Source of the DNA: the human T2T-CHM13v2.0 reference genome, Homo sapiens | Reading direction: 5' to 3' (one strand) | Assembly (NCBI RefSeq): GCF_009914755.1 | Contig: NC_060940.1 | Length of the DNA: 64,000 bases | Shown: one piece after another, positions 1-19,490 of the stretch | Numbering within the stretch: position 1 is the first letter of the stretch | Layout of the letters: every line of letters starts with the position of its first letter | Position numbers and translations under genes: made by a program | Notes under the pieces: model-generated | What the model was told of the DNA's origin: nothing | Database searches by the model: none | The model's input: the letters and a program-made list of their open reading frames with translations, nothing else

Positions 1-113
1 GTTGGGATGGGGAGGGGAGGGTAGCTAAGGTCAGAATGGTGGGACGGTTGGGGCTCAGAAATATAGAAATGAGGGCAAACACTCACTTCTCAGGGTGGGC
101 AAGGGAAGGCTGA

Positions 114-567
<454 letters not shown>

Positions 568-599
568 AACTCTTGACTTTAAACTAGAAGTAAAGATAA

Positions 600-830
600 A
601 ATAATAACCATAGCAGCTACTATTTCTTAAATACATACATTATTTCCATTATTTCTCACAATTGTCTAAGAGGTGAGAATCTTTATTATCCCCATTTTAC
701 AGCAGGGGTGACTGAGGCTCAGAAAGATCAGTCACTTGCCTAAGGTCACATAGCTGATAAGTGGCAGAACCTGAACTTGAACTTTTGGATGCCAAAGCCA
801 TCATTCAGTGCTGCTGCTGTGCCATAATGT
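600..830 (-). mobile_element. MIR SINE
   Basis: MIR core ccccattttacag...actgaggctcaga...cttgcctaaggtcacatagct. Confidence 0.85.
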
Positions 831-862
831 TCTCTAGTTTTCCTGGGAATCAGTTTCCCTAA

Positions 863-1306
<444 letters not shown>

Positions 1307-1617
1307 TTTGTTTTAAAACAGTTAATCTTTTAAAATTGTTTTTACTTTTTATGATGGTAATTTCCACAATCATATGTAGTATGTGTAGATTCAACATCGC
1401 CCAGATTTAGTAGATATCAATCTTTGCAATCTCATTTCATCTATCCCCACAGCCCAGATTCAAAATTTTTTCTTAAGAGGGATTTCTCAAAATTTAACTT
1501 AAATATTTTTTAAAGTCAAAATCGACCCCACTCCTCTCTTCACACTTAGTCTGTTTTTTTTTTTCTGAGAATATTCAAAGTAAAATTTTAGGCATTACAT
1601 CATTTTATGTCCTGGAA

Positions 1618-1917
1618 TTTTTTTTTCTTTTTTTCTTTTTGAGAGGGTCTTGCTCTGTCATCCGGGCTGGAGTACAGTGGCATGATCACAGCCCACTGCA
1701 GCCTTGAACTCCTGGGCCCAAGCAATCCTCCCACCTCAGCTTCTCGAGTAGCTGGGACTATGAGCACGTGCCACCACACCCAACTAATTTTGTTTTAATT
1801 TTTGTAGAGACAGGGTCTCACTGTGTTACCCAGGCTGGTCTCAAATTCCTAGGCTCAAGAGGTCCTCCTGACCTCCCAAAGTGCTAGTATTATAAGCATG
1901 AGCCACCATGCCCAGCC
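1618..1917 (-). mobile_element. Alu (AluJ-like)
   Basis: J-type features (gcagccttgaactcctggg, atcctcccacc). Confidence 0.9.
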
Positions 1918-2299
1918 TATCGCAGGGATCTTTTAAAGTTGTTCTATGCACTCATACTGTGTTGGGAATACTTATACCAATAAAAAATGTGTTCCATTGC
2001 AAGTAAGAGAAGACTCAAATAATAGGAGCTTAAACAATCAAGGCATTTAGCTAATGGGAAGTTTGGAAGTAGAGGGTCAGAGGTTGGGGCAGTGACTCAG
2101 TGACTGCGAGGCACTGGGGTGCTATCTCTGTGAAGCCTTGGTTTTTACCTCATGTTTGTAAGATGGCTGCCAAAGCTCCAAGCTTCACATCACGACACAA
2201 CAGTGTTCAAAAGAGAAAGGGTGGGAAAAGGGAGCAATAACAAACCTCTTCCCCAAGTGGTTCTTAACAGCATGAAGTCTGGGGGATGCCAGGCCTTAT

Positions 2300-3045
<746 letters not shown>

Positions 3046-3269
3046 AACGGCTGTCTGAAAGCCTTAAACCCCGAGGTGGTTACCAAACACGCAGTCTTCA
3101 GCTCTACTCTGGAATCAGAATGGCTGGGGGCTTCAGATCTTGTGTTTTAAACAAGCATCCCCAGTGCACTGAAATTTGGGAATCACTCTCCAGCCACATG
3201 GTAGCTGCCATCCCATAAACCCCAGTGCGCTGGGGGAAATGACGTGAAAGTGATCCAAGCCATCTAATG

Positions 3270-3530
3270 ATACAATTAGTAACAACAGCTAACATGCGCT
3301 GAGCCTTGCTGCAAGCTGGAACATTTAGATATCACATCTTCTAGCTCCCAGTATGAACACGAAAGAGGGGTGGAAGTGATTAGCCCCATTTGACAGATGG
3401 GATAACTGAGGCCCAGAGACATGAAATGACCTGCCTAAGGTCACTCTGTTGGTCAGTGGCAGAGCCAGGATTCGACCGAGTCTCTCAAGCTTTGAAGCCC
3501 ACGTCTTTTGTGCCAGGCATGCTGCCTTTT
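3270..3530 (-). mobile_element. MIR SINE
   Basis: ccccatttgacagatgggataactgaggcccaga core. Confidence 0.8.
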
Positions 3531-4084
3531 GCTTCTTCTTTGAGGTCTTCTTTGGGAAAGGATGGGGTGAAAATTGGAGAGACTTGCAGGGGAAGTACAA
3601 ATAATTCGATATCAATGAAGATGTAGCCTGGGTGGCCAGGCCATGGTGGTTGTCGAATCTACAATGAGCAAGATTCATGAGTGCGAGTCATCTTGCCTCT
3701 GCCTTCTGGAGCTGGCTCATTGGTATTAATGGATGAATGGGCCTCATTTGGGCAGTTGTAATTAACACGCTGACTACTGAGATGAGCTCAGCCCGAGTCA
3801 CTCCTGAATGGCATAAAGCATTGCTCAACACGCGGCTCATCCATTACGTTGTTCTGGGTCCCAGGCTCAGGAGTGAGCCGGCCCCAGGCTCAGGGTGGTC
3901 AGCAGAAATGAAGGACTATTGGCATTTTCAAATCATCAGCTTAGTTTGAGCACTTAGCATTTCCCTGTCCGGCTTGGCATCGACGGCAGAAGCTTAATTA
4001 GTGGGGACCGAAGGAAGGAAGGCACTTAGGAAGTGAGATGAAGTTTGGGTTCATGTCCACACGAGCTGCTCAGAACTCAGTAAT

Positions 4085-4320
4085 CGGGGCTTTGGATCAG
4101 ACAGACTTGAGGTCAAATCCCTGTTCTGCCCCTTTTTTGGGGGAAATGACAAATGACCTCATCCCTCTGAGTGTCAGTTTCCTTTCCTGTAAAATGCGGA
4201 TCATTATGGTGCCAGTTTCATTAGGTCATCATGATGGTGAAATAAAATAACAGGCAAACCCCTCAGCACCATCCCTGGCACCACGCCAAGTGCTTAATAA
4301 ATGCTAGCTCTTATTAGTAT
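4085..4320 (+). mobile_element. MIR SINE
   Basis: tcagtttcctttcctgtaaaatg core and tgcttaataaatgctagc 3' end. Confidence 0.8.
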
Positions 4321-4589
4321 TTACCTACACATTTATTTATTTATGAGAGGAACACAGCCCAAAAATATACACAACACTCACTGGGAAGAGGAATCATAAA
4401 AATAGGCTTAGAGGATCGATGGGGATGTAAAAGACGGTGGTTCCTGGAGTCTGAGTGTGAGCTTTATTCGAGTTCAGGGCGGTAAGCGTTTCTGCATCAG
4501 AGCCTGAGCTGATTGACTCCGAGAGCCTGAGCAAAGTAGAGAGCGTGTTTGAGGCTCTCGCCTGGCACCCGGGGGGTCTGTTTGCAATT

Positions 4590-4631
4590 TAGGGTGGCAC
4601 TTTCCATTCTTAGGGTGGCACTTTCCATTCT
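4590..4631 (+). repeat. Perfect 21-bp tandem duplication
   Basis: tagggtggcactttccattct x2. Confidence 0.97.
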
Positions 4632-4832
4632 GGGACCCTCCTTTCTAGTTTGCAGTTGAGGTTGGTAATCTGAAGACTGAATGTTTCCGTGGTTGCCTGG
4701 CACGGTGGGGAGGCCAAGAGAGGCTCTGGAAGAAATTCTGATGAGCCATCTGCTGTCCTCACCAAGAGCCACAATAGTAACACCTATCATTTTAAAAGAT
4801 GTTTTATTTTGCATTATTATTATTTTACTTCT

Positions 4833-5300
<468 letters not shown>

Positions 5301-5399
5301 TAACTATGACTAACTTTTAAGCACTAAGCCAGTGAATTTGCTCGAGCCTGGAGTTACAACCTTGACTCTTGACTAGGCCACAATCACGTAAGTCTTCAT

Positions 5400-5670
5400 G
5401 GTCAATGTGTAGCGAATCAATAATACTGTGTGCTCAATATGTGTTAGGCGCTGTGCTAACCTCCTTATATGCATTATCTCATTTAATTCACATAAGAAAT
5501 CTATTATTCAAATTCTTATTCAAATAAGAAATCATACAGGTATAATTCTTGTTTTACAGGTAAGGAAGTGGAGGCTCAGGTAAGTTAAAAGACTTACCTG
5601 AGGGCTCTCAGTTGTAAAAGGTGATGTTAGAATATGAACATGGGTCTGTTTGATGCCAAGGCTTCGCCCA
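5400..5670 (-). mobile_element. MIR SINE
   Basis: gcattatctcatttaattc and ttttacaggtaaggaagtggaggctcag. Confidence 0.75.
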
Positions 5671-5811
5671 GAGTGGAAGGCATGCAGCTGGGTTTGCTGA
5701 TGTGCCTGCGAGCCTGGGTATTTCTCCTTCCCCTGGTTCCTCATCTCCCATTGAATGTGCTCCAACCATGCTGGTCTCCTTTCAGTTCTGAGAACAGACC
5801 AACCTCCTTCT

Positions 5812-6690
<879 letters not shown>

Positions 6691-6769
6691 CCAACCTCCT
6701 TCTCTTGGATCCTTTGTATTTGCTATTCCCTCTGCCTGGAACCTGCTCCCCACAACACTTTCACTTAAT

Positions 6770-7295
6770 TATCTCCCGTTTATTCTCCCAGTCCATAACA
6801 GGGGCTACGTATTACCTCTCAATCATAATTTCCCCTTTTTGGTAATAAAACCCTGGGCAACTCTTTAGAGCTCACATGCCCCAGCCTCTCTTCCAGCGTG
6901 CGATATTCACGTAACTAGTTTTGGGCCAATGAGATGGATGTGGAATATTTTGTGAAACTTATGGTCAGCTCCTTAAGTGGACTGGGGAGGCGTCCCTTAT
7001 GTCTCTAATGTCCTTGTCCCATGTTGTTGTCTGTGAGGCAGATGTAGTGGCTGGAGCTCTGGCAACCATCTTGGACCATGAGACAACCTTGAGGATGAAA
7101 ACCACATGCTAAGGGGTATGGAGCAGAAAGACAGAAGGAGGCTGGGGTCCTGATAACTGCTGGAACTCCCAAATCAGTCCTGGGCTGCCTACTTTCTGAT
7201 TTCCTGTGGAACAAGCGAAAAAAGAAGCTCTGTTTCACTAAAGCTACTAAGTCCAGCCTCTGTTACTATCAACTAAATAAAATTCCTGACAAATA
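6770..7295 (+). mobile_element. Old MaLR LTR (MLT1J/K-like)
   Basis: ggccaatgagatg, ccatcttggaccatgag, ggagcagaaagacagaagg motifs. Confidence 0.65.
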
Positions 7296-7322
7296 CCAGG
7301 TCTTGGTTTAAATATAACTTTC

Positions 7323-7605
7323 TGGCTGGGTGTGGTGGCTCACACCTGTAATCCCAGTACTTTGGCAGACCAAGGAGGGTGGATCACTTGAGTCCAGGAG
7401 TTCAAGACCAGCCTGATAGACATGGCGAAACCCTGTCTCTACAAAAGACGCAAAAATTAGCCGGGCATGGTGGTGTGTGCCTGTGGTCCCAGCGACTTGA
7501 GAGGCTGAGGCAGGATTGCTTGAGCCTGGGAGGTCAATGCTGCAGTTAGCTGTGATCACACCACTGCCCTGGATCCTAGGCAATAGAATGAGACTCTGTA
7601 TCAAA

Positions 7606-7640
<35 letters not shown>

Positions 7641-7641
7641 A
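7323..7641 (+). mobile_element. AluJ with (TAAA)n tail
   Basis: Full Alu; TSD aaatat(a/c)actttct. Confidence 0.93.
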
Positions 7642-7817
7642 TGTATATAAATATCACTTTCTCTGAATGGCTTATGTGAAACTCAAAATAGATCTGTCTA
7701 TTTGTTCTCTCTTTTAGCAACATGGTTCTTTTTTTTTAATTGCCCTGATTCCAATGAAAATAAATATATACTGCTTTGTTTAATTTATCTTCCCCGCTGA
7801 ACTACTGGAAATATGGG

Positions 7818-7953
7818 CAGGGAAACTGTATATAGTTACCTAGGTTGTGCACTGCACAAATCCAGAGAATACCAGTTAAATAATAGCATATGTGAATGTC
7901 ACGTTCTGAAATTGTGCAGTGTGCATCCTGTGAGGCTGTACGTGGCAGCCCTG
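7818..7953. mobile_element. MER91-like hAT-Tip100 MITE
   Basis: caggg...ccctg termini; ggttgtgcactgcacaa / ttgtgcagtgtgcatcc internal palindrome. Confidence 0.7.
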
Positions 7954-8403
7954 TCTCTATGGTCGGGAGGGACTTTGCCCCTGAGGGTTATCAATGTACT
8001 CACAGCACTTAGCATAGTGCCTGGACCATGATCAGTTCTCAACAAATATCAGTTGCAGGATGAGTGCAGGAACAAAAATGACAGAAGTTTAAAGACGTCT
8101 TGGGCTGGATACCGAAGGCACAGAGATGGACAAGGCATGAGAATGTTGGCAACAAGACGTGGTCAATGCTCCAACCTGGAGAAGAACAAAGGGCTCTGGG
8201 AGCTCAGAGGGAGGGGTCTCCACTGCCATGAGAGCCAGAGGCTTTGTGCACAGAGGGAGCTTTCTCTTATTTGGTCTCAGTTTTCCATCTGTAAAGTGAG
8301 GACATTGGTGCGGAAAAGTGGTTTTGTGTAGCCTTTATTTTTTATTTTACATCTTGTTTGTTTTGAGCAAGGCAATGTTTGCATAGTAATAGAATTAAAC
8401 AGT

Positions 8404-8803
<400 letters not shown>

Positions 8804-8826
8804 CTACTGGTTACCTTTGAAATCAG

Positions 8827-8830
<4 letters not shown>

Positions 8831-8874
<44 letters not shown>
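8831..8874 (+). repeat. (TG)22 microsatellite
   Basis: Uninterrupted TG run. Confidence 0.98.
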
Positions 8875-8875
<1 letters not shown>

Positions 8876-8957
8876 ATCTTTCCAGAGTTATCTGTAAAAT
8901 ACAAGTATATACCTGCTATATATTGAGTTTGACTATCCCTAAAATGGAAATTTATCC

Positions 8958-8996
<39 letters not shown>

Positions 8997-9281
8997 TTTT
9001 GAGATGGAGTCTCGCTCTGTTGCCCAGGCTGGAGAGCAGTGGCACGATCTCGGCTCACTGCAAGGTCCGCCTCCCGGGTTCAGGCCATTCTCCTACCTCA
9101 GCCTCCCAGTAGCTGGGATTACAGGCGCCTGGCACCACGCCCGGCTAATTTTTTGTATTTTTAGTAGAGATGGGGTTTCATCGTGTTAGCCAGGATGGTC
9201 TCAATCTCCTGACCTCGTGATCCACCCGCCACAGCCTCCCAAAGTGCTGGGATTACAGGCGTGAGCCACCGATCCCGGTCG
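8958..9281 (-). mobile_element. AluY-like with (TTTA)n tail
   Basis: Y diagnostics gccattctcc and gtgttagccaggatgg; TSD ggaaatttat. Confidence 0.9.
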
Positions 9282-9351
9282 GAAATTTATTCTTTAAAAT
9301 TTTTTAATTATTTATTTTAGATCTGAACTTTGAACCAAGAAAATAATGACA

Positions 9352-10440
<1,089 letters not shown>

Positions 10441-10442
10441 GT

Positions 10443-10690
10443 ACAGTTGGTCCCTTGGTATCTGTAGGGGATTGGTTTTAGGACCCCTTTGGTTACCAAA
10501 ATCCATGCACGCTGAAGTGTCTTATGTAAAATGGTGCAGTATTTGCATAACTTATGCAACCCTCCTGGATACTTTAAGTCATCTCTAGATTACTTATATT
10601 ACCTAATACAAAGCAAGTGCTATGTAAATAGTTGTTATACTGTATTGTCTTTTATTTGTATTTTTATTGCTTTTTCCCCTGAATAGTTTT
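10443..10690 (+). mobile_element. MER2 (Tigger-derived MITE), right end missing
   Basis: cagttggtcccttggtatctgtaggggattggtt...aagtcatctctagattactta. Confidence 0.85.
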
Positions 10691-10697
10691 TTCAATT

Positions 10698-11853
10698 CAA
10701 ATTTTTAATTTTTGTGGGCACATAGTAGCTGTATGTATTTATGGGGCACATGAGATATTTTGATACAGGCATACAATGTGTAATAAGCACATCAGGGTAA
10801 ACGGGATATCCATCACCTCAAGCATTTGTCCTTTCTTTGTGTCACAAACAATCCAATTATACTCTTAGTTATTTAAAAATATACAATACATTATTGTTGA
10901 CTGTAGTCATCTTGTTGTTCTATCAAATGCTAGATCTTATTCAGTCCATTTAACTATATTTTTGTATCCATTAACCACCCCCCTACTCACCTTCCCCGCT
11001 TCTGGTAACTATCATTCTATTCTCTATCTCCATGAGTTCAATTGTTTTAATTTTTAGCTCCTACAAATAAGTGAGAACATGTTAAATTTGCCTTTCTGTG
11101 CCTGGCTTATTTCACTTAACGTAATGTCCTCCAGTTCCATCCATGTTGCTGCAAACGACAGGATATCGTTCTTTTTTATGGCCTCATAGTACTCCACTAT
11201 GTATATGTACCACATTTTCTTTATCCATTCATCTGTTAATGGACACTTAGGTTGCTTCCAAATGTTGGCTATTGTGAACAGTGCTGCAATAAACATGGGA
11301 GTGCAGATATCTTTTCAATGTACTGATTTTCTTTATTTTGTGTATATACCTAGTGGGATTGCTAGATCATATAGTAGTTTTATTCTTAGTTTTTTGAGGA
11401 ACCTCCAAACTGTTCACCATAGTGGTTGTACTAATTTACATTTTCACCAACAACAGTATACTAGAGTTATCTTTCCTCCATCTCCTCGTCAGCATTTGTT
11501 ATTTCCTGTCTTTTGGATAAAAGCCATTTTAATTGGGGTGAGATGATATCTCATTGTAGTTTTGATTTGCATTTCTCTGACGATCAGTGATGTTGAGCAC
11601 TTTTTCATATATCTATTTGCCATTTGTATATCTTCTTTTGAGAACTGTCTATTTGGATCTTTTGCCCATTTTTAAATTGGATAATTAGATTTTTTTTCTG
11701 TAGTTGTTTGAGCTCCTTATGTATTCTGGTTATTAATTCCTTGTCAGATGGATAGTTTGCAAATATTTTCTCCAATTTTGGGGTTGTCTCTTCACTTAGT
11801 TAATTGTTTTCTTTGCTGTGCAGAAGATTTTTAAGTTGGTGTGATCCAATTTG
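10698..11853 (-). mobile_element. L1 3' end (L1MA1-3-like)
   Basis: 3' UTR plus ORF2 C-terminus ([26 protein letters not shown]). Confidence 0.93.
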
Positions 11854-11859
11854 TCATCA

Positions 11860-12540
11860 TGTTTTTTAAGCAAGGGCATGGCATTGCCCAATTTAGGTTT
11901 TAAAAGGATCACTCTGGCAGGTGTTATGGAGATGCATTACAGAGGGAGAAATGGAAGGAGCAGCAGGGTGAGGGAAACAGTGGGAAGTCTTCACTGTAGT
12001 TGAGCAAGTGATGTTATGACGGTGGTTTGTGCTGAGCTATGGCAATGAAGCTGGATTGAAGTGGAGAGACACCAGAGATGTTTAGTAGGTAGATGTATTA
12101 GTCTGTTTTCATACTGCTATAAAGAACTGCCCAAGACTGGGTAATTTATAAAGGAAAGAGGTTTAATTGACTCATAGTTCGCATGGCTGGGGAGGCTTCA
12201 GGAAACTTACAATCATGGAAGGAGAAAGGGAAGCAAGGCACCTTCTTCACAAGGTGGCAGGAAGGAAAAATCCTGAGCGAAGGGGGAAGAGTCCCTTACA
12301 AAACCATAAGGTCTCGTGAGAACTCACTCACTATCATGAGAACAGCATGGGGGAACCACCCCCATGATTCAGTTACCTCCACCTGGTCTCTCCCTTGGCA
12401 CATGGGGATTATGGGGATTACAATTCAGGATGAGATTTGGGTGGGGACACAAAACTTAACTATATCAGTAGAATAGATAGAACTTGCCGTTGGTGAAGAC
12501 AGGGAAGGAAGTGTGATGGCCATGAGGGTGACCTCGGGAC
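11860..12540. mobile_element. L2 fragment interrupted by THE1
   Basis: ttttaaaaggatcactctggc and gtagaatagatagaacttg motifs. Confidence 0.65.
12094..12467 (-). mobile_element. THE1 (C/D-like) solo LTR
   Basis: tgtattagt...tatatca termini with 5-bp TSD gtaga. Confidence 0.93.
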
Positions 12541-12582
12541 CTTCGGGGAGTGTAATTGATTCGGGGGCAGACCTCGCCAAAC

Positions 12583-12757
12583 CAGTGGCTTCAATGCTGG
12601 CTGTAACTCTGGAATCTTAGGTGAAGGCTTTAAAAAATACAAGTGCTCAGGCCTCACCCCTTGAGAATCTAATATATTTGGCTTGGGTAGGACCTTGATT
12701 AGATTGTTTCTAAAGTCTCCCCAGGTAATTGTAATGAGCATCCAAAGTTGAGACCAC
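12583..12757. mobile_element. MER5A-like MITE
   Basis: cagtggcttcaa...ttgagaccact. Confidence 0.7.
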
Positions 12758-13056
12758 TTTTTTTTTGTCTTTAGAGACTGGGTCTTGCTCTGTTGCCTAG
12801 ACTGGAGTGCAGTGGTATGATCATAGCTCATTGCAGCCTCTAACTCCTGGGTTCATGTGATCCCCCTGCCTCAGTCTCCCAAGTAGCTTGGACTACAGTC
12901 ACATGCCACCATACCTGGCTACATTTTTAAAATTTCTCTTGAGACAGGGTCTTGCTATATTTCCCAGGCTGGTCTTGAACTCCAGCCCTCAAGTAATCAT
13001 CCCCTCTTGTCCCAAAGTGTTGGGACTACAGTTGTGAGCCACCGCAACCCACCTGA
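12758..13056 (-). mobile_element. Alu (AluJ-like)
   Basis: Full reverse Alu; TSD gaccactttt. Confidence 0.9.
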
Positions 13057-13713
13057 GGACCACTTTTCTAAGTAAACAGGGGCATTGGGGAGCATGTGTT
13101 TGGTTCAAACACCATAACTGGAGCAGAAGTTGAGTGACTTGGTGGTACAGCCCAGTGTCTGTCACACATCTCATTGAGAATGATACTTGATTTCTAAGGC
13201 CAGGAGTAAAATAAAGTAAAGTAAAATAACCATAAAAGAAAAGTAACAATGTAGCTCAAAGCATCAGTGGGTTGAAGGCTCCAGCTTCCATGGGAGACAG
13301 GCCTTGGTGTCAGAAGTTCTAGCACAGCTATCTATGGAACCATCAGTGGAGATATCTTCAATCATAATGGGTTAACAGTTTTGGCATCAGAAGAAGACAT
13401 TACCACAGCTATTAGGAGCAAGAAAGACAGGAGTAGGAGATGGCCAAACAATGAGGTCATTGTACTTGACATTGTTTTTATCTGCCAGCATTGTTCTCTT
13501 GGGAGAACCCCTTTCCCTCTCTTTCTCTTGCAGGTGAAGTTGTCAATTATAGTGTACCACTTTGGCCATTGGCTGGGCCAATCATAATATAGACTTCCCC
13601 TGAATCCAGTGATTGGTTCAGAGATGGTTACATACATCAAACAGTACTCATCACAGTCCTTCTGTAAATATTGTATCTGGATGCTGCATGAGATGGCATC
13701 ATTAAGTTCTTTG

Positions 13714-13965
13714 TGTATTAGTTATCAATTGCTGCATAACAAATTATCCCAGAACATAGTGGCTTAAATAATGATAATATATTATCTGTCACAGTTTCTG
13801 CAGACCAGGACTTCTGACAGGGCACAATGAAATGGATTGTCTCTGTTTTATGATGTCTAGGTCCTCAGCTGGAAGATTTGAAGGCTGGAGATCAGAATCA
13901 TCCAAAGACTCCTCCACCCATAAGTTAGGTTGTTGATGCTGACTGTCAGCTGACCAAGTGGAGGT
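13714..13965 (-). mobile_element. MLT1 LTR fragment
   Basis: tgtattagttatcaattgctgcataacaaattatccc...tagtggctta. Confidence 0.75.
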
Positions 13966-14639
13966 GCTATTGTGTCTCCAGTGTCAGTAGGCAATTGAGC
14001 CACAGACCAGAATCTAATGACCCTCTCACCACTTGGAAACCAGCCCTCACTGGGCAGCCCTGGGCCAGGTTCACCAGACCACTCCCACAAGGTGACTTTC
14101 ACATGGACTCCAGAGTCATTGAACACAAAATAGATTGTGTTTTCGATCCCTAAAGAGGCAGGATATCATTCAGCCACTTGGAGAAAAAAGTTCAGTCCAA
14201 AGATAATTGGGAACCAAATTTGTCTGCCTTTCATCTAAGACTCAAGGTTGGGGAAAGTTCCGGAAGGTGGGGCTGGTTTATGACCTCAAACAGGTTGTTA
14301 ATTACTTTGAATGGGTCTCACGTGACGCTTTTAAGCACACAGGTTTTGCCCAGGGAGGATGGAGTGGGCAGTTTGGTTTGTGACTGGAGCAGGACGTGAG
14401 TGAGGTTTTATAGATCCATATGCCTGGCTGTTCTGAGCTTATCATCCCTGTGCTGATGAGGCCATTGCGGTCAGTGGGGCAGAGTGGGTGAGTGTGCTGA
14501 GACCCAAAGAGTGTGGGATTTCTTGCTTCTGTTTGTTTTTCTATAACTCAAGCATTGAGGTGTGGTGTAGTAGGGGCAGTGATTTCTTCCTCGGGGTGCA
14601 TTCACCCCAAGTGTCACTTTTTCAACAATTTATTCAAGG

Positions 14640-14752
14640 TGGGTGGTTGTATAACTTGTCATTCAAACCAGGACACACTGTTAATAGTTATACTGGGACA
14701 ACAGGTGCAAATAAGGATTTTTTTGGGCAAACAAAATTGTGTAGTCATCCTC
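14640..14752. mobile_element. MER94-like hAT-Blackjack MITE
   Basis: caaaccaggacac...gggacaacagg...gggcaaac...gtcatcct. Confidence 0.55.
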
Positions 14753-14981
14753 GGTAATTGTGGAAACATGGTTGAGAAAAGATGTTAGAGGAAGTTGTAG
14801 GAAAGCAAGAAATGAGAGACATACAGAGAGGGGAGTTGGAGGGTGAAGCTGGCTTCTTCCCCAAGCCTGTACTTCCTGATGAACTTGGCCCCCCTCTGCT
14901 CTAAGCGGCACCTTGCTCGCCTCTACTTGGCTGAACACTTGGGGAGTGTTGTCTGAAAAGGTATAATCATGATATTCATAA

Positions 14982-15285
<304 letters not shown>

Positions 15286-15300
15286 CATAATGGCTTTTTT

Positions 15301-16310
<1,010 letters not shown>

Positions 16311-16559
16311 TAACTTTTTAATTGATATGTAATAATACAGCTATAGTAAAGAAAATCTACATATGTGTACACCTGTGTTCACCATAGCTTTTAAGCTTTT
16401 AAATTGATATATAATAATACATTTACATATGTATATGCCTGTGTAATCACTAGCTAGATGAAGATTTAGAATGTCTTTCTGGCTGGAATATTTTAACTTT
16501 TTTCATCCTTCTGGGAAAAGATTTGTTTTGTTGTGTTTCCTTCAGCCTCCAAATCATGC

Positions 16560-17385
<826 letters not shown>

Positions 17386-17650
17386 CATGCTACATTATCT
17401 GTGCACTAATTAAAAACCCACCTCTACTCATTATATTTTTGCTGTTGAATAGTCCATATTTTTGTATGGAGAGGGTGTTTGGAGGAGAGAACTTACATGT
17501 ATTGAACACCTAATGTGTGCCGCTATAGTAAAGCTGCTATGAATGTTCTTGTTCAAGTCTTCTTGTGGTCACGTGTGTTCATTTCCTCTGGGATGCTGGC
17601 CTTGGAGTGGAATTGCTGAGTCATAGGCTGGGTGCATATTTGCTTGGTTA

Positions 17651-18263
17651 TGTAGAGTCCAAGGGGGAAAGATCCCCTTGGCTCTTTGAAGTTTTGCTGA
17701 AAAATCAACTTGCAAAAGCAGATTAGAAAAAAGGCATGCAAATTTATTTAATGTGTATACACAGGAAACTTCACAATGAAGATCCAAAGGAACAGGGGAA
17801 TTGTCCATTTTTATGCTTAGGTTCAATAAAATATAGATAGCCATGTAGAAATACAATATGACTTGACAAAAAGGATATGATCGAATTATAATAGACTGAG
17901 TGGGGACCCCTAGCAAGGCCCGTCTAGATTCACCTTGGCCTCCCTGAGAATCGTTCCTTCCTTCTGGGTGTGGGGCAGGATCTTCTCTAGAATGGGAGTC
18001 TTATGACCTACTGTCAAACAAGGTAGGTCAGAGAATTTCTTTATGCCAGTTTTTACACAGAAAGGTGGAGGGAAAGTTAGATTAACATTTTTAGGGTTAT
18101 GGCTGGGTTTGGGGAAAAGACCTGCTTGAGGAAGAGGGATTCTAGTTTCTCTGGCTAGCCTTGGCTGAGAATGAGGCTGAGAGACAGAAGGGCAGGAGAA
18201 GGTCAGAAAAAACTTTTGCTTCTGAGGCCTTTATTTTGGGATGTTATTTTCTGAGCCCCAATA
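17651..18263 (-). mobile_element. ERV1 solo LTR (MER39/MER34-like) inserted in an old L1
   Basis: Reverse strand begins t(a)ttggggctcagaaaa; 4-bp TSD gtta/gtca; L1M sequence on both sides. Confidence 0.75.
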
Positions 18264-18437
18264 GTCAGAAACTGCAAATTGCCTCTTGATAATGGTCCTC
18301 CTAGAAGGAGGGGAGATGGGGAATGTAGGGAGAGGGGGAGAGGGGCCAACAGGGAGAAGAGCTTCAGGGACTTCAAGCATATAAATTCACCAGGGATCAT
18401 AGGCATGTGGCATCCGGCAGGTTATGAAAATGCATGA

Positions 18438-19177
<740 letters not shown>

Positions 19178-19179
19178 AA

Positions 19180-19490
19180 TCTATTGATTTTCAACTTTGG
19201 CCTCCCATTGGAATAACCTGGGAGTTTGAGTTCCAATCTCAGAGATTCTGAATTCAAAGATGGCATGTGAGCTTAGCACCTGGATTTTTCAAAGCTCTTC
19301 ATGTGATTCTGATATGCACACAGTGGGTGAGAACCACTGCTTTAAAGCAAACCCTTCAAACTTCAATGTTAAAATGCAAATTGTGGTTCAGAACATCTAG
19401 GGTGGGCCCCGGGATTCTTGCATTTCTGACAAGCTCCCAGTTGGTGCCAATGCTACTGGTCTGTGGACCTCACTTTGAATAGCAAGATTT
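19180..19490. mobile_element. MER5A/MER5B MITE fragments
   Basis: gtgagaaccactg; ttgcatttctgacaagctcccag...cactttgaatagcaag. Confidence 0.7.

Noticed and set aside
1-55. G-rich tracts here and at 18305-18345 as promoter or G-quadruplex elements
   Set aside because: No CpG island or other promoter evidence, and such tracts are common
13511-13535. Strong splice acceptor-like tract (ttccctctctttctcttgcag)
   Set aside because: Lies in probable decayed LTR sequence with no convincing downstream donor or coding frame
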